This document shows, in pieces, positions 29,124 to 39,076 of a DNA stretch of 64,000 nt. Origin of the DNA: a virus; IMG/VR virus record IMGVR_UViG_3300048929_000185, positions 59,207 to 123,206 of that record; one strand, given 5' to 3'. Below the pieces are notes generated by a model, which saw only the letters and a list, made by a program, of their open reading frames with translations, was not told where the DNA came from and made no database searches. Both the position numbers and the translations under genes were made by a program. Each line of letters starts with the position of its first letter. Position 1 is the first letter of the stretch.

Positions 29124-30656
29124 TTGGAAGAAAAAAAAGAACCATCTGGAAATAAAACCTTAGAACAGATTGCGGTAGAAAAATATTCTCAGCTTGCGTT
29201 TGCAAATTTAAAAAAGAATATTGTTCAGGATTTAATAAAAAATCGCAACGAAAGTATCATATATAGGAAATACCCGAAAGAGCGCGTTGTTCAAATGCTT
29301 GAAGCGCCACAAACATTTGCTTCTGCTTTACAGGAAATGAGTAACTTTTTATATATGGTAAGTCCTCATTACAAAAGATTGATAAATTATTATTCAATGC
29401 TTCCGAAATTTAATTATTCTATTCGTCCATTGAACTTACCTCAAAAAAGTAAAATCAAAAAGACTGAGTATCGTAATACATACAATTACGTGTGCGACTT
29501 ATTTAAAAAATACAACTTAAAACAAGAATGTTTTAAAATTATGCAATCAGTATTTCGAGATGGTATCTTCTACGGATTATCATACGAAACTACTGATTCT
29601 TTTTATATTAGGCCATTTAATCGTGCATTTGCAAGGATATCTTCTGTTGAAGACGGAGTATTTGTAATGTCTATCGATTTGCTCTATTTTTCAGATAAAG
29701 AAGATTTGCTTCCGGAATACGGAAAAGAAATTGAGTCTGCGTATTTAGCTTATAAAGGTAATCCCAAAAAGGGGACAAAAGGAGACGGATCGAAAAGGTG
29801 GTATGAACCTAGCAATGGTATCTGTATTAAAGCAGATGAAGATGATCCGATTTACGCAATTCCAGTATTTACGGGTTTAATTCTCGGAGTTTTGGATATT
29901 GAGGATTATAAGCTACTTAAAAAGGCAAAAACTGAGATTGACAATTATAAGGTTTTAGCAATGAAAATGGAAGCAGATGAGCAAGGTATACCCAAAATGG
30001 ATTATGAGATGGCTATGAAATATTATGGTCAGGCAGCTGCTAATATCCCAGACGGGATTGGACTAATATTGTCTCCGTTTACTATAAGTGATTTTTCATT
30101 CCAAAAATCTAGTGTGGCGGATACAGATGCAGTAAGTGAAGCCGAAGAAAACTTTTGGTCAAGTTCAGGAACATCGCCTTTACTATTTGGATCAGCTAAA
30201 AATAAGACCTCAACATCAATGGAACTTTCAATCCGGAATGATGAGTTAATATCGTTTGCTGTAATGAACCAAATACAAAGATATTTCAACATGAAAACCA
30301 AGAAAATGGATTTACCATATTCTTTTGAAATGAGATTTTTGGAACAAAGTATCTATAATGAAACTAAAGTTCAGGACTCGTATTTAAAGGCTGGGCAGTA
30401 CGGAGTATCTACAAAACTATTGTATGCTAATTCATTAGGGCTTGAACCGGCAGATATTAATGGAATGTCATATTTAGAAGATGAGATTTTGGGAATTGGC
30501 AAAAACATGTTTATTAGACCTCTTATAAGTTCTAATACATTAAGTGGCGGATCAGTAGATAATACTGGAGGTAGACCAACCAATGAATCTAAAGGGGAAC
30601 AATTGACAGAGTCTGGTCAACAAACGTCAGAGACAGATCAAAATCTGAATCGATAG
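29124..30656 (+). CDS. Portal protein
   Basis: Follows terminase; 510 aa; C-terminal GGRP motif. Confidence 0.8.
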   Translation: MEEKKEPSGNKTLEQIAVEKYSQLAFANLKKNIVQDLIKNRNESIIYRKYPKERVVQMLEAPQTFASALQEMSNFLYMVSPHYKRLINYYSMLPKFNYSIRPLNLPQKSKIKKTEYRNTYNYVCDLFKKYNLKQECFKIMQSVFRDGIFYGLSYETTDSFYIRPFNRAFARISSVEDGVFVMSIDLLYFSDKEDLLPEYGKEIESAYLAYKGNPKKGTKGDGSKRWYEPSNGICIKADEDDPIYAIPVFTGLILGVLDIEDYKLLKKAKTEIDNYKVLAMKMEADEQGIPKMDYEMAMKYYGQAAANIPDGIGLILSPFTISDFSFQKSSVADTDAVSEAEENFWSSSGTSPLLFGSAKNKTSTSMELSIRNDELISFAVMNQIQRYFNMKTKKMDLPYSFEMRFLEQSIYNETKVQDSYLKAGQYGVSTKLLYANSLGLEPADINGMSYLEDEILGIGKNMFIRPLISSNTLSGGSVDNTGGRPTNESKGEQLTESGQQTSETDQNLNR

Positions 30657-30667
30657 GCGGTGAATGA

Positions 30668-30859
30668 ATGAAAAGCATGATAAAGGTTTTAAACCAAGAA
30701 AAGGCAAATCAACTCGCCATACTTGGATTTAAATATGTTTTAGAGACTGTGAACGGAGAATCTGTTTGCAGTTTTTTTATGTCAGAAAAAATTATGGATT
30801 ATATTAATTCCAATTTTGATAAAAAAGACTTCTTTCTGACAAACAAAATTACTTTTTAA
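30668..30859 (+). CDS. Small hypothetical protein (DUF5659-like)
   Basis: KANQLAILGFKY pattern; RBS. Confidence 0.55.
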   Translation: MKSMIKVLNQEKANQLAILGFKYVLETVNGESVCSFFMSEKIMDYINSNFDKKDFFLTNKITF

Positions 30860-30872
30860 GAAAGGAGGAAAA

Positions 30873-32405
30873 ATGAAGAACAAAAATATACAGGTAACTT
30901 TTAATGCAAAAATTACTCCAATAAAACCTGTTAACGAAGAATTTACTCTATGCAAATGTTATGTGCAAGGGATTGGGAAAAACCGCAACGGAAGTTACAT
31001 GAGCAAAGAAAATGTTGAAAAGTACTCTCCAACTCTTAATTATTGTCCAGTTGTTGGACACATAATCGAAGCCACAGATCCTGGGACAAAAGAGACTCAT
31101 AGATACATGGGTGGGCATGATTGGACGGTAGATGAAAACTGGGAAATTGTAGATTTAACGGTTCCATATGGGGTTGTTGTAAATGACACATTCGATTATG
31201 AAACTGTAAACGAATATGGAGTTGATGTTGAGTATTTAACTGCTCACGTTATTTTATGGACTGGCAGATATCCAGAACTTAAAGATGCAATTTATTCTGA
31301 TAATTTTTGGTTTAATCAATCAATGGAAATTAGTCCAAAACAATATCGTCAATTAGAAGATGATTCTAATTATGTGGAACTATTGGAGTGGAACTATTCT
31401 GCTTTATGCTTATTGGGCAAAGCAGATGATAAAACAAGCCCAGAGCATACAGAGCCTTGCTTTATTAGTTCTAGTGTTATACCTATTGAGTTCTCAAAGG
31501 CTGAATTTGCATTAGAGTTTAAAGAATTAAAAGAGAAATTATCTGCTTGCTTTAACTATGAAGGAGCAGAAAAAGGAGGTAATAATTTGAATAAAAAAGA
31601 AGAAATTATGATCAAATATGGCAAGACCGTTTCTGATTTAAATTTTTCATATGAAGATATGACAGATGAAGAATTTGAATCTAAAATGTTTGATCTATTT
31701 GGGAAGACAGATGAGCCAATCTTGTTTTCTACTACTTATAGGCAGAAAAGAGATGCGTTGTCAAATGCTCTTGATTCTGTAATTGTAAAAGATCTAAATG
31801 GAAACGTAACAGAAGAAACATATTTTTATGTTGAAGACTTTGATGATGAATACGTTTACGTAGAAAGAGATCATTGGACTGTGAATGATTATGAATCTAA
31901 ATATGGACGTTTTACATATTCGTTTGACGATTCAAATTTAACCGCTACGATTACTGGCGAATTTGAAGAAATGATTAAAGTATGGCTCACCATAGAAGAA
32001 AATCAGCAAGTACAGGAAGCAAGAAATTCATACTCAAAGTTAGAACAGGAATTTTTAGATTACAAGAAACAATACTCTGTCTCTAATGAAGAGTTTGATG
32101 TACTTAAATCATACAAAGAAAGCAAAGAAGCTGAGGAAAGAAAATTTGCAGAAACTGGAATTTTTGAAAAGTATGATAAGAAAATCGGTACGACAAAAGA
32201 GTTTGAAGAATTAAAGAAAACTTCATCTAATTATTCCATAAAAGACTTGGAAAAAGAATGTTTATGTATCGTTGGATTGTATTCATTTGAAGATGAAGGT
32301 ACAGACGGTTCAATTAAAGGAGATTCAATTAAATTCTCTGCTACGAATGAGACAAATAATGAAGATCCAATTGATGCAACATATAAAAAATATTTAAAGA
32401 GATAA
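30873..32405 (+). CDS. Prohead protease / scaffold protein
   Basis: NRNGS, ILWTGRY, QSMEI, ALCLLG, EPCF, then an acidic coiled coil; lies between portal and capsid. Confidence 0.75.
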   Translation: MKNKNIQVTFNAKITPIKPVNEEFTLCKCYVQGIGKNRNGSYMSKENVEKYSPTLNYCPVVGHIIEATDPGTKETHRYMGGHDWTVDENWEIVDLTVPYGVVVNDTFDYETVNEYGVDVEYLTAHVILWTGRYPELKDAIYSDNFWFNQSMEISPKQYRQLEDDSNYVELLEWNYSALCLLGKADDKTSPEHTEPCFISSSVIPIEFSKAEFALEFKELKEKLSACFNYEGAEKGGNNLNKKEEIMIKYGKTVSDLNFSYEDMTDEEFESKMFDLFGKTDEPILFSTTYRQKRDALSNALDSVIVKDLNGNVTEETYFYVEDFDDEYVYVERDHWTVNDYESKYGRFTYSFDDSNLTATITGEFEEMIKVWLTIEENQQVQEARNSYSKLEQEFLDYKKQYSVSNEEFDVLKSYKESKEAEERKFAETGIFEKYDKKIGTTKEFEELKKTSSNYSIKDLEKECLCIVGLYSFEDEGTDGSIKGDSIKFSATNETNNEDPIDATYKKYLKR

Positions 32406-32425
32406 GAAAGTGAGGATTAAATAAT

Positions 32426-32896
32426 ATGGCAAAAGCAATTATCAGACTCGACAATGTGTCTGCAACAAAAAACGGGAATTTATTAAAGAGTGTAAAAATC
32501 TCAGCTGAATTACAGAATGGTTCTGTAGTCGCAATTGGAGGACTCGTAAGTGGTGAAAGAGAAACCCACACAGCCACCACTCCAGCAGTAGATACTACAT
32601 ACTACGGAATTCTGTGCACTCCAGAATTAATGTATGACGAAAAGAAACAGATGGATGAATTTGTTAATGTTGTTGATAAACCAGCGAGAGCATTTATTCC
32701 AACAAAAGGGGATATTTTCTCTGCTACGGTTGAGGCTTTTGATGCAACTCCTACAGTTGGTAAATTAGTTGAGCTTGCAGCTGCAAACACAATGAAAGTT
32801 GTAACGACCGCAACTTCTGGATCTACACAGATTGGTAAGGTTATTGGAATTGACGTATATGGAACAAAAACATTTTACGCTGTTGAAGTACAGTAA
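32426..32896 (+). CDS. Capsid decoration/cement protein
   Basis: Precedes the major capsid gene; beta-rich, ELQNG motif. Confidence 0.65.
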   Translation: MAKAIIRLDNVSATKNGNLLKSVKISAELQNGSVVAIGGLVSGERETHTATTPAVDTTYYGILCTPELMYDEKKQMDEFVNVVDKPARAFIPTKGDIFSATVEAFDATPTVGKLVELAAANTMKVVTTATSGSTQIGKVIGIDVYGTKTFYAVEVQ

Positions 32897-32921
32897 TTAA
32901 GAAAGTGAGGATAGACTTAAT

Positions 32922-33917
32922 ATGAGTAAAGAAATTATCAAAATTGCGGTAGAGGCATATAAGGGAAGACAGTATGGAAATTATTCCACTTCCGATTCAA
33001 TGGAAGTATTAAGAAACGCTTTAGTAGAAGCAAATAATGGCAAGGCATATTTAGATTATAGAGACATTCGAGATGGAAAATGCAGTGGATTATTCGCAAT
33101 TATGGAAGAGATTATCACAAAGACAGTTCTTGAAGGACTGCCAGACTCCTCTCCTATTTTCCAGTTTGTAGATTTTAGAAATAAGGCACTCGGCGATCAG
33201 GATTCCTTTATCGTAAGGGATACTGGTCTTTTTACTGTTGCCGATATTGCTGAAGGAACACAGGGAGTAAGAAGACAGAGAGCCGTAAGCGGAGAAACAA
33301 TTTATGTAACTCCACAGCTGAAGGCAATTAAGATCTATGATGAACTGAATCTTATTTTAGCTAATCGTATTGATATGAACGAATTAATTAACAGAGTATC
33401 AAGATCTTTTATTGCTAAGACAAATACAGACATCTACACATCATTTGCCGGTACATATTCTAAACTTGTTGCACCATATCAGGTATCAGGTACATTTGCA
33501 GAAGATAAACTTGCAACATTAATTGATCATGTAGAAGCAGCTACTGGTATGACTGCATATGTTTTAGGTTCAAAACAGGCAGTTAGAAAGATTACTGGCG
33601 TTAAGGGTGCTGATTCAGATTCTGCAAAAGAGGCTCTTTACAACGTAGGATATTATGGTAACTTTGGAGCAAATCCAGTTATCGCAATGCAGAACGCTCA
33701 CAAAGTGGGTTCTACTGATTTTGTTTTAAATGATACAGATTTACATGTTGTAGCAGGTGAAGATAAATTTATCAAGTATGTAACAGAAGGTGATACCTTG
33801 ATTATTCCGGGAACACCAATGTCTAACGCAGATCTCTCCCAGGAGTTCTTAATGGCTCAAAGAAGCAATGCAGGTATCGTTATGTCTGAAGTGTTTGGAT
33901 GTTATAGAATTGGCTAA
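32922..33917 (+). CDS. Major capsid protein
   Basis: 331 aa; position; FAIMEEII..VAEG-like motifs; followed by a terminator. Confidence 0.8.
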   Translation: MSKEIIKIAVEAYKGRQYGNYSTSDSMEVLRNALVEANNGKAYLDYRDIRDGKCSGLFAIMEEIITKTVLEGLPDSSPIFQFVDFRNKALGDQDSFIVRDTGLFTVADIAEGTQGVRRQRAVSGETIYVTPQLKAIKIYDELNLILANRIDMNELINRVSRSFIAKTNTDIYTSFAGTYSKLVAPYQVSGTFAEDKLATLIDHVEAATGMTAYVLGSKQAVRKITGVKGADSDSAKEALYNVGYYGNFGANPVIAMQNAHKVGSTDFVLNDTDLHVVAGEDKFIKYVTEGDTLIIPGTPMSNADLSQEFLMAQRSNAGIVMSEVFGCYRIG

Positions 33918-33926
33918 TTAATAATA

Positions 33927-33962
33927 CGGTACGGTTAGATTATACTAACCGTACTATTTTTA
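33927..33962 (+). terminator. Intrinsic terminator after capsid gene
   Basis: GTACGGTTAG..CTAACCGTAC plus T-run. Confidence 0.8.
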
Positions 33963-33987
33963 TATGAATAAATGGAGGTAATAAAAT

Positions 33988-34617
33988 ATGGCAAATTTAA
34001 CAAAGGAAGAACGTGAAAGGCGACTCGCTGAAAAGGAAGCAAAGGTGCGTTCTGAATTAGAAGAAAAAATACGAAAAGAGTATGAAGCTAAGTTAAATGT
34101 TACGTCAGTAAGTCATGAAGAAGTAAAAAAGAATCATACGAAAAAGAAAACTAAAATTCCTCTTGATATCTTAGTGCCTGTTAAAAGTGGCGTACAGGGT
34201 ATATTGGTGTATGGTTCAAGAAAAACGATTGGATATCAGATTGAATGGGATTCCTATGGTTCTATTGAGTATGTGGAACTGGGAGAACTATTATCAATGA
34301 GAAATACAAATCGTAGTTTTTACAAAAATAATTGGATATTCTTTGAAGATACTGATGAGTATACTGCGGTAGAAATATATGAGTTCTTAGATGTGGCGCA
34401 ATACTATCAAAACACCATTATTGGAGAGGACATAGAAACTATTTTCACAAAATCGTTAGATGATATACGCAAGATTATAACCCCATTGTCAAAAGGAGTT
34501 AAAGATACAATAGCCACAAAAGCGCGTTTAATGATTGACAGTGGAGAATTTGATTCAATTAATAGAATTCAGTTATTAGAGGAATTGCTTGATGTTGAGT
34601 TAAAGCCTTCTTATTAA
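33988..34617 (+). CDS. Conserved virion-cluster hypothetical protein
   Basis: GGAGGT RBS; position after capsid. Confidence 0.75.
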   Translation: MANLTKEERERRLAEKEAKVRSELEEKIRKEYEAKLNVTSVSHEEVKKNHTKKKTKIPLDILVPVKSGVQGILVYGSRKTIGYQIEWDSYGSIEYVELGELLSMRNTNRSFYKNNWIFFEDTDEYTAVEIYEFLDVAQYYQNTIIGEDIETIFTKSLDDIRKIITPLSKGVKDTIATKARLMIDSGEFDSINRIQLLEELLDVELKPSY

Positions 34618-34627
34618 GGAGGTATTT

Positions 34628-35068
34628 ATGAATACTACATACCAATTTGTTTATGACGAGTTTAAAGACGGGATTACAGATCCTGATTTATTGCAATTTG
34701 CAGAAGAACTTCAGTCTGAGATGCTTTTGGCAATTATGAGAAAAGCAATATCAAAATGTAACAGAATAGTAAAAAAAATGTGTGATTTAAACGACAGAAA
34801 TGATTTAACGGCAGAGTTTAATATGTCTGTTCCAGACGATGTGTTGGATGTATTGTTGGAATGGATGACTGTTATATGGTTAAAACCTTATGTAAATAAT
34901 ATTGAAAACTTAAAAAATAATTTGAACACAAAAGACTTTACCATGTATTCTCCAGCTAATTTATTAGAAAAAATCGGTGATAGATACGATTATTCCTTTA
35001 AATATGCAAATAGTTTGGCAAACAAATTTTCCTACATATATGGAGATTTGGAGAATTTAAAATCATGA
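34628..35068 (+). CDS. Probable head-tail adaptor
   Basis: Position; KDFTMYSPANLL motif. Confidence 0.6.
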   Translation: MNTTYQFVYDEFKDGITDPDLLQFAEELQSEMLLAIMRKAISKCNRIVKKMCDLNDRNDLTAEFNMSVPDDVLDVLLEWMTVIWLKPYVNNIENLKNNLNTKDFTMYSPANLLEKIGDRYDYSFKYANSLANKFSYIYGDLENLKS

Positions 35069-35403
35069 TTACCGTTGAATATGGTTTATTGCCAACCGAA
35101 AGTTTTAACAATTATTTTAAGTTTTTAATAAATAAGACATATAAGATTTTACCAATGAAAGAAGAAAAGTCAGAGACACTTAAATCTTATTTGGAAAGCT
35201 ACCAAAGGGAACTAATTGGAAATCAAAAGCTAATCATAGAACTGACTAATGAACCTCAATTTATTACCGTATTAAACATAATTCAATATTTGATTAGCGA
35301 AGAATATTCACTGGATACGTGTAAAAAAGAGGTGTTTAGGTGCATTCACATTCTTGAAAAAATTAAAGATAAATATTTTACTGAGGAGGTAGATCATGGA
35401 TAG
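35065..35403 (+). CDS. Virion-cluster hypothetical protein
   Basis: Overlapping start/stop; YKILPMKEE. Confidence 0.7.
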   Translation: MITVEYGLLPTESFNNYFKFLINKTYKILPMKEEKSETLKSYLESYQRELIGNQKLIIELTNEPQFITVLNIIQYLISEEYSLDTCKKEVFRCIHILEKIKDKYFTEEVDHG

Positions 35404-36406
35404 ATATTCAGCCCGTATTAATCTACATGGCACTTCTCAAAGAGAACGTTTAATTAGCCGTTGTAAGGATAGCTTAACTCGCAAATTACCAGATTCAGGG
35501 GCGTACAAAAGTGTAAAGCTAAACGGTGAAGCGTCAAGTTTAGTTATAAATTCAGGCACTAAACCCTATTATAAAGAATTCACATCTCTACCTGGGCAAA
35601 CAGTTTTAGCTGGAGACTATGTTGAATGGGCAAATAATACGTGGTTAATCTACGAAGCAGATTGCGATGACGAAGTTTACATTGATGGAAAAATGTATCA
35701 ATGCAATTACATTCAAAGATGGCAAAATGAAAATGGAACCATAATTGAGCGTCCAAGTTATGTTACAAGAGAGTCAAGTACTGGAGAAGATGGGAATAAA
35801 ACAATTACTCTAGGTGCAAATGAATATTTCGTGTATATGCCATATGACGAAGAAACGGTTAAACTTCGTAATGGGGAAAGAGTATATATTGATTTTAACT
35901 CAAACAGTCCAAATCCATATATATTAACATTACCTGATAATGTCTCGATGAAGTTTGGATCAAAGGGAGTTCTTTGTTATTTATTTGAACAAACAGAAAA
36001 AAGTCCAGACAAAGATAAATTAATTACTCTTGAATCTGGAGAAAAGGCATGGATTGCAGATTACATCTCTCCCACTCCTACGCCAGAGCCAACGCCTACA
36101 ACAAAATCATATATAGCCACTATCGTATGCACCAAAGCAGCTATTGCATCTGGAAGCAATCGTAAGTTTACAGCAAAATTCACAGATACCGATGGAAATG
36201 TAATTACTACTCTTACACCGAAGTGGACTGTAACTTCTGATTTTAGTGATAAATTAACCACGACTTATGGTGCTGATTATATAAGAATTGGCGTTGATGA
36301 TGACTCGTTAATCAATGAACATTTTATGCTTAAATTAGAATCTACAGATGATTCTGCGGAGCCAAATGAAATATCGATTTTAATTACGTCACTATATGGA
36401 GGATAA
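35396..36406 (+). CDS. Probable head-closure protein with C-terminal Ig-like domain
   Basis: GDYVEW..WL..CNY motif, PT linker, Thr-rich beta domain. Confidence 0.6.
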   Translation: MDRYSARINLHGTSQRERLISRCKDSLTRKLPDSGAYKSVKLNGEASSLVINSGTKPYYKEFTSLPGQTVLAGDYVEWANNTWLIYEADCDDEVYIDGKMYQCNYIQRWQNENGTIIERPSYVTRESSTGEDGNKTITLGANEYFVYMPYDEETVKLRNGERVYIDFNSNSPNPYILTLPDNVSMKFGSKGVLCYLFEQTEKSPDKDKLITLESGEKAWIADYISPTPTPEPTPTTKSYIATIVCTKAAIASGSNRKFTAKFTDTDGNVITTLTPKWTVTSDFSDKLTTTYGADYIRIGVDDDSLINEHFMLKLESTDDSAEPNEISILITSLYGG

Positions 36407-36415
36407 GGAGGGTAA

Positions 36416-36913
36416 ATGAAAAGTGCTTTAAAAGATTTTGGATTATATAAGAATAGACTAATTGAAGCATTTTTGTCCTCTCCTGATATCCTAAAATTAT
36501 TACTTGGAGATTTGTATGACGAAAATGCAGAGATGTCAGATATAAGAGATATGTTAGTTTATCAACACATATTCCCATACTTATACATACCAGAAGTTCA
36601 GAGTGAAAAGAAGTCATATATATGCATTGATTGTAGAGCTAGCTTTTCCGGAAGTATGAAAAACAATATACTCACAATATGGGCGTTTTGTTCAAAGGAT
36701 AAAGACTTTATGAGGTATTCGTATCCGGGATATGTTGGTACAAGAAGTGATATATTGGCAGACATGATCGACAGACGATTATATGATTCGTACAGTTTTG
36801 GAGTTGGAGAATTAGAATTTAAAGACGCAGGTATTATAACACCACAAGATTCGTATTACGGAAGAAGTTTGGTGTATACTGTTCCAGATTTCAAGACAAA
36901 GGAAGTGAAATAA
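36416..36913 (+). CDS. Probable tail terminator
   Basis: Position; IFPYLYIP motif. Confidence 0.55.
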   Translation: MKSALKDFGLYKNRLIEAFLSSPDILKLLLGDLYDENAEMSDIRDMLVYQHIFPYLYIPEVQSEKKSYICIDCRASFSGSMKNNILTIWAFCSKDKDFMRYSYPGYVGTRSDILADMIDRRLYDSYSFGVGELEFKDAGIITPQDSYYGRSLVYTVPDFKTKEVK

Positions 36914-36914
36914 A

Positions 36915-37733
36915 ATGAGGTTGGATTATGGCACGCTCCTGAGTTTTAAACCATTGTATTTGCAAGGTGGATTTGGAATCATATCTCCTACCTTAAAACA
37001 AATTAGCGAGTTGGGGTTTGATCTTTATCACTATTATCTCTCTGTTCTAAATTTGAGTATTAATAAATATTATGAGCAAGTAACAAGTATTGATATTGAT
37101 TATTTTAAAAATTATACAAAAGATGAAAAAGATGTAATTCTGAAAATCAAACAAAGCTATGACGGATTATCGGACGACGAAAAATCCAATATAAGCACCG
37201 CCGCTATTCTGTCTTATGATAAAAGAATTATTGACGAGGTTGCACTGTCATTATCTTTTTTTACAGATAAAAAATTTGAGTATTCAAAAGATAATAATGC
37301 ATTCATTAGTGTAGATAACGGGGAAATAACTGCAACATTAGATATTCGCATATATAATGAAGTAGTTAATTTTGTTTTACAAAGAAATGCTATAGACTCT
37401 ACAAAACAAGAAGAAAAACCCAAATTTAAAAACAAGCTTGTAGAGGAATTGTATTATAGAACATTAAAGGCAGAAGAAAAAAGAAGTAAAGACAAAAAGA
37501 AAAATGTGGATTTAGAAATACCTAATATGATTTCATCGGTTTCAGCGAGACATAATACTTTAAACATAATTAACATATGGGATATAACTATATATCAGTT
37601 ATATGACCAATTTCAAAGGCTACAGAATAATTGTATGTTTGACATCCAATCACTATCTGTAGCTGCTTGGGGAGACAAAGAAAGTAAGTTTGACCCGGGC
37701 ATATGGTACAAAAATCTATATTATCAAAAATAA
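36915..37733 (+). CDS. Virion-cluster hypothetical protein
   Basis: IWDITIYQLYDQF motif; followed by a terminator. Confidence 0.7.
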   Translation: MRLDYGTLLSFKPLYLQGGFGIISPTLKQISELGFDLYHYYLSVLNLSINKYYEQVTSIDIDYFKNYTKDEKDVILKIKQSYDGLSDDEKSNISTAAILSYDKRIIDEVALSLSFFTDKKFEYSKDNNAFISVDNGEITATLDIRIYNEVVNFVLQRNAIDSTKQEEKPKFKNKLVEELYYRTLKAEEKRSKDKKKNVDLEIPNMISSVSARHNTLNIINIWDITIYQLYDQFQRLQNNCMFDIQSLSVAAWGDKESKFDPGIWYKNLYYQK

Positions 37734-37781
37734 GACCGTATTGGGTCTTTTTTTATTACAACAAAACAGGAGGAATTTAAA

Positions 37782-38510
37782 ATGGTAAATGTTAATAAAG
37801 CAAATAGAACTTGCTGTGATGTAGACATCAGGGTTCTTAAAACAATGGCTCCATTTTTATTTTTTGAAGACGCAAACGTAACAACTTTTGGATTTACAGC
37901 AGATGAAACTTACGCTACCAGCAAGGGTGCTAAGAAGGTTGCATTCTCTAACCCCATGGACGGCACAATGACTATTGAAGCCCAGGTGCTTCCGTTCAAA
38001 CTTTATTCCATGATGTCAGATGGAACAATTGATACAACTGCTGTTGTGGCAGAAAAGACCTTAATCGAATGTACGGTGGCGGGTGAATTAACACTTCCAG
38101 CTGATGTAAAAACCGGAACTGTATTTGTTTATGCAGAGGGGGATTTTGGAGGAACTGCAATTGTGGGTACTGTTGCAAGCACCAAATTTACCGCTACAAC
38201 TCCAGCAAACATCGTAGTTGGTACGTCTTATGAGGTGGCATATTTAATCACCAAGACAACTGGAGTACAGAAAATCAGCTTCAACAACAACAAGAATCCT
38301 CTGGATTACTACATTACAATGAAGACCGTAGATAAAGATGAAGAAGGAACTCTTACTCCTTATATTATTACAGGATATAAGTGCAAGCCTAAAAAGTCTC
38401 TTGACTTAAGCTTCTCTTCCACTGGTGATGCTATCACAGTTAAGATTGAATTCTCTTGTCTTGAAGACAAAGATGGTAATGTGGCTGACATCGTAGAACT
38501 CACAGCGTAA
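37782..38510 (+). CDS. Major tail (tube) protein
   Basis: Thr/Val-rich beta protein, 242 aa; position; strong RBS. Confidence 0.7.
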   Translation: MVNVNKANRTCCDVDIRVLKTMAPFLFFEDANVTTFGFTADETYATSKGAKKVAFSNPMDGTMTIEAQVLPFKLYSMMSDGTIDTTAVVAEKTLIECTVAGELTLPADVKTGTVFVYAEGDFGGTAIVGTVASTKFTATTPANIVVGTSYEVAYLITKTTGVQKISFNNNKNPLDYYITMKTVDKDEEGTLTPYIITGYKCKPKKSLDLSFSSTGDAITVKIEFSCLEDKDGNVADIVELTA

Positions 38511-38528
38511 TAGCTCGCGAGGTGCTTA

Positions 38529-38765
38529 ATGATAAAAGAATGTAAGGTTATTATGAAAAATCCCATCAATATGGTTGTATTGTTTGATGGGATTGAGGTT
38601 CAAATGCCGTCTAATGATAAAGTGTCTACTATAGCATATGTTGAGTATGATAACAGCAAATACTATTTGTCTTCTAAAGATGAATATGAAAAAGAACTGG
38701 CTTCTGAAAAGAGAAATAAGACCAAACAGAAAGCAGAAGAGGTTTCTGAAGAAGTGATTGATTGA
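38529..38765 (+). CDS. Small hypothetical protein
   Basis: GAGGTG RBS; followed by terminator 38799-38837. Confidence 0.6.
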   Translation: MIKECKVIMKNPINMVVLFDGIEVQMPSNDKVSTIAYVEYDNSKYYLSSKDEYEKELASEKRNKTKQKAEEVSEEVID

Positions 38766-38858
38766 TTATAAGAATAGCGAATTGTGTTGTAAGTCTATAG
38801 GGATGACAATTCGCGTAATTGTTGTCCCTATTTTTTTACTGATTAGAGGTGATTAATT

Positions 38859-39074
38859 TTGATAAAATGTAAAACTTTAGAAGATGTAATAAATACATAT
38901 GGCTCAGAAAATATTGTGAAAATCGTTAATTTGAAGCAGATTTTAACTTATGCACGAATGAAATGTCAGCCAGTTTGGATCGATGAGGGATATAACGAGC
39001 GGCTAGTGTGTTATTATTTCAAACCAGAAACTGAATTGGCGTGGCAATATTGGAAAACAACTAAAAGGGAGTAA
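38859..39074 (+). CDS. Small hypothetical protein (DUF5659-like)
   Basis: IVNLKQ..Y..CQPVWID..LVCYY pattern. Confidence 0.6.
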   Translation: MIKCKTLEDVINTYGSENIVKIVNLKQILTYARMKCQPVWIDEGYNERLVCYYFKPETELAWQYWKTTKRE

Positions 39075-39076
39075 GA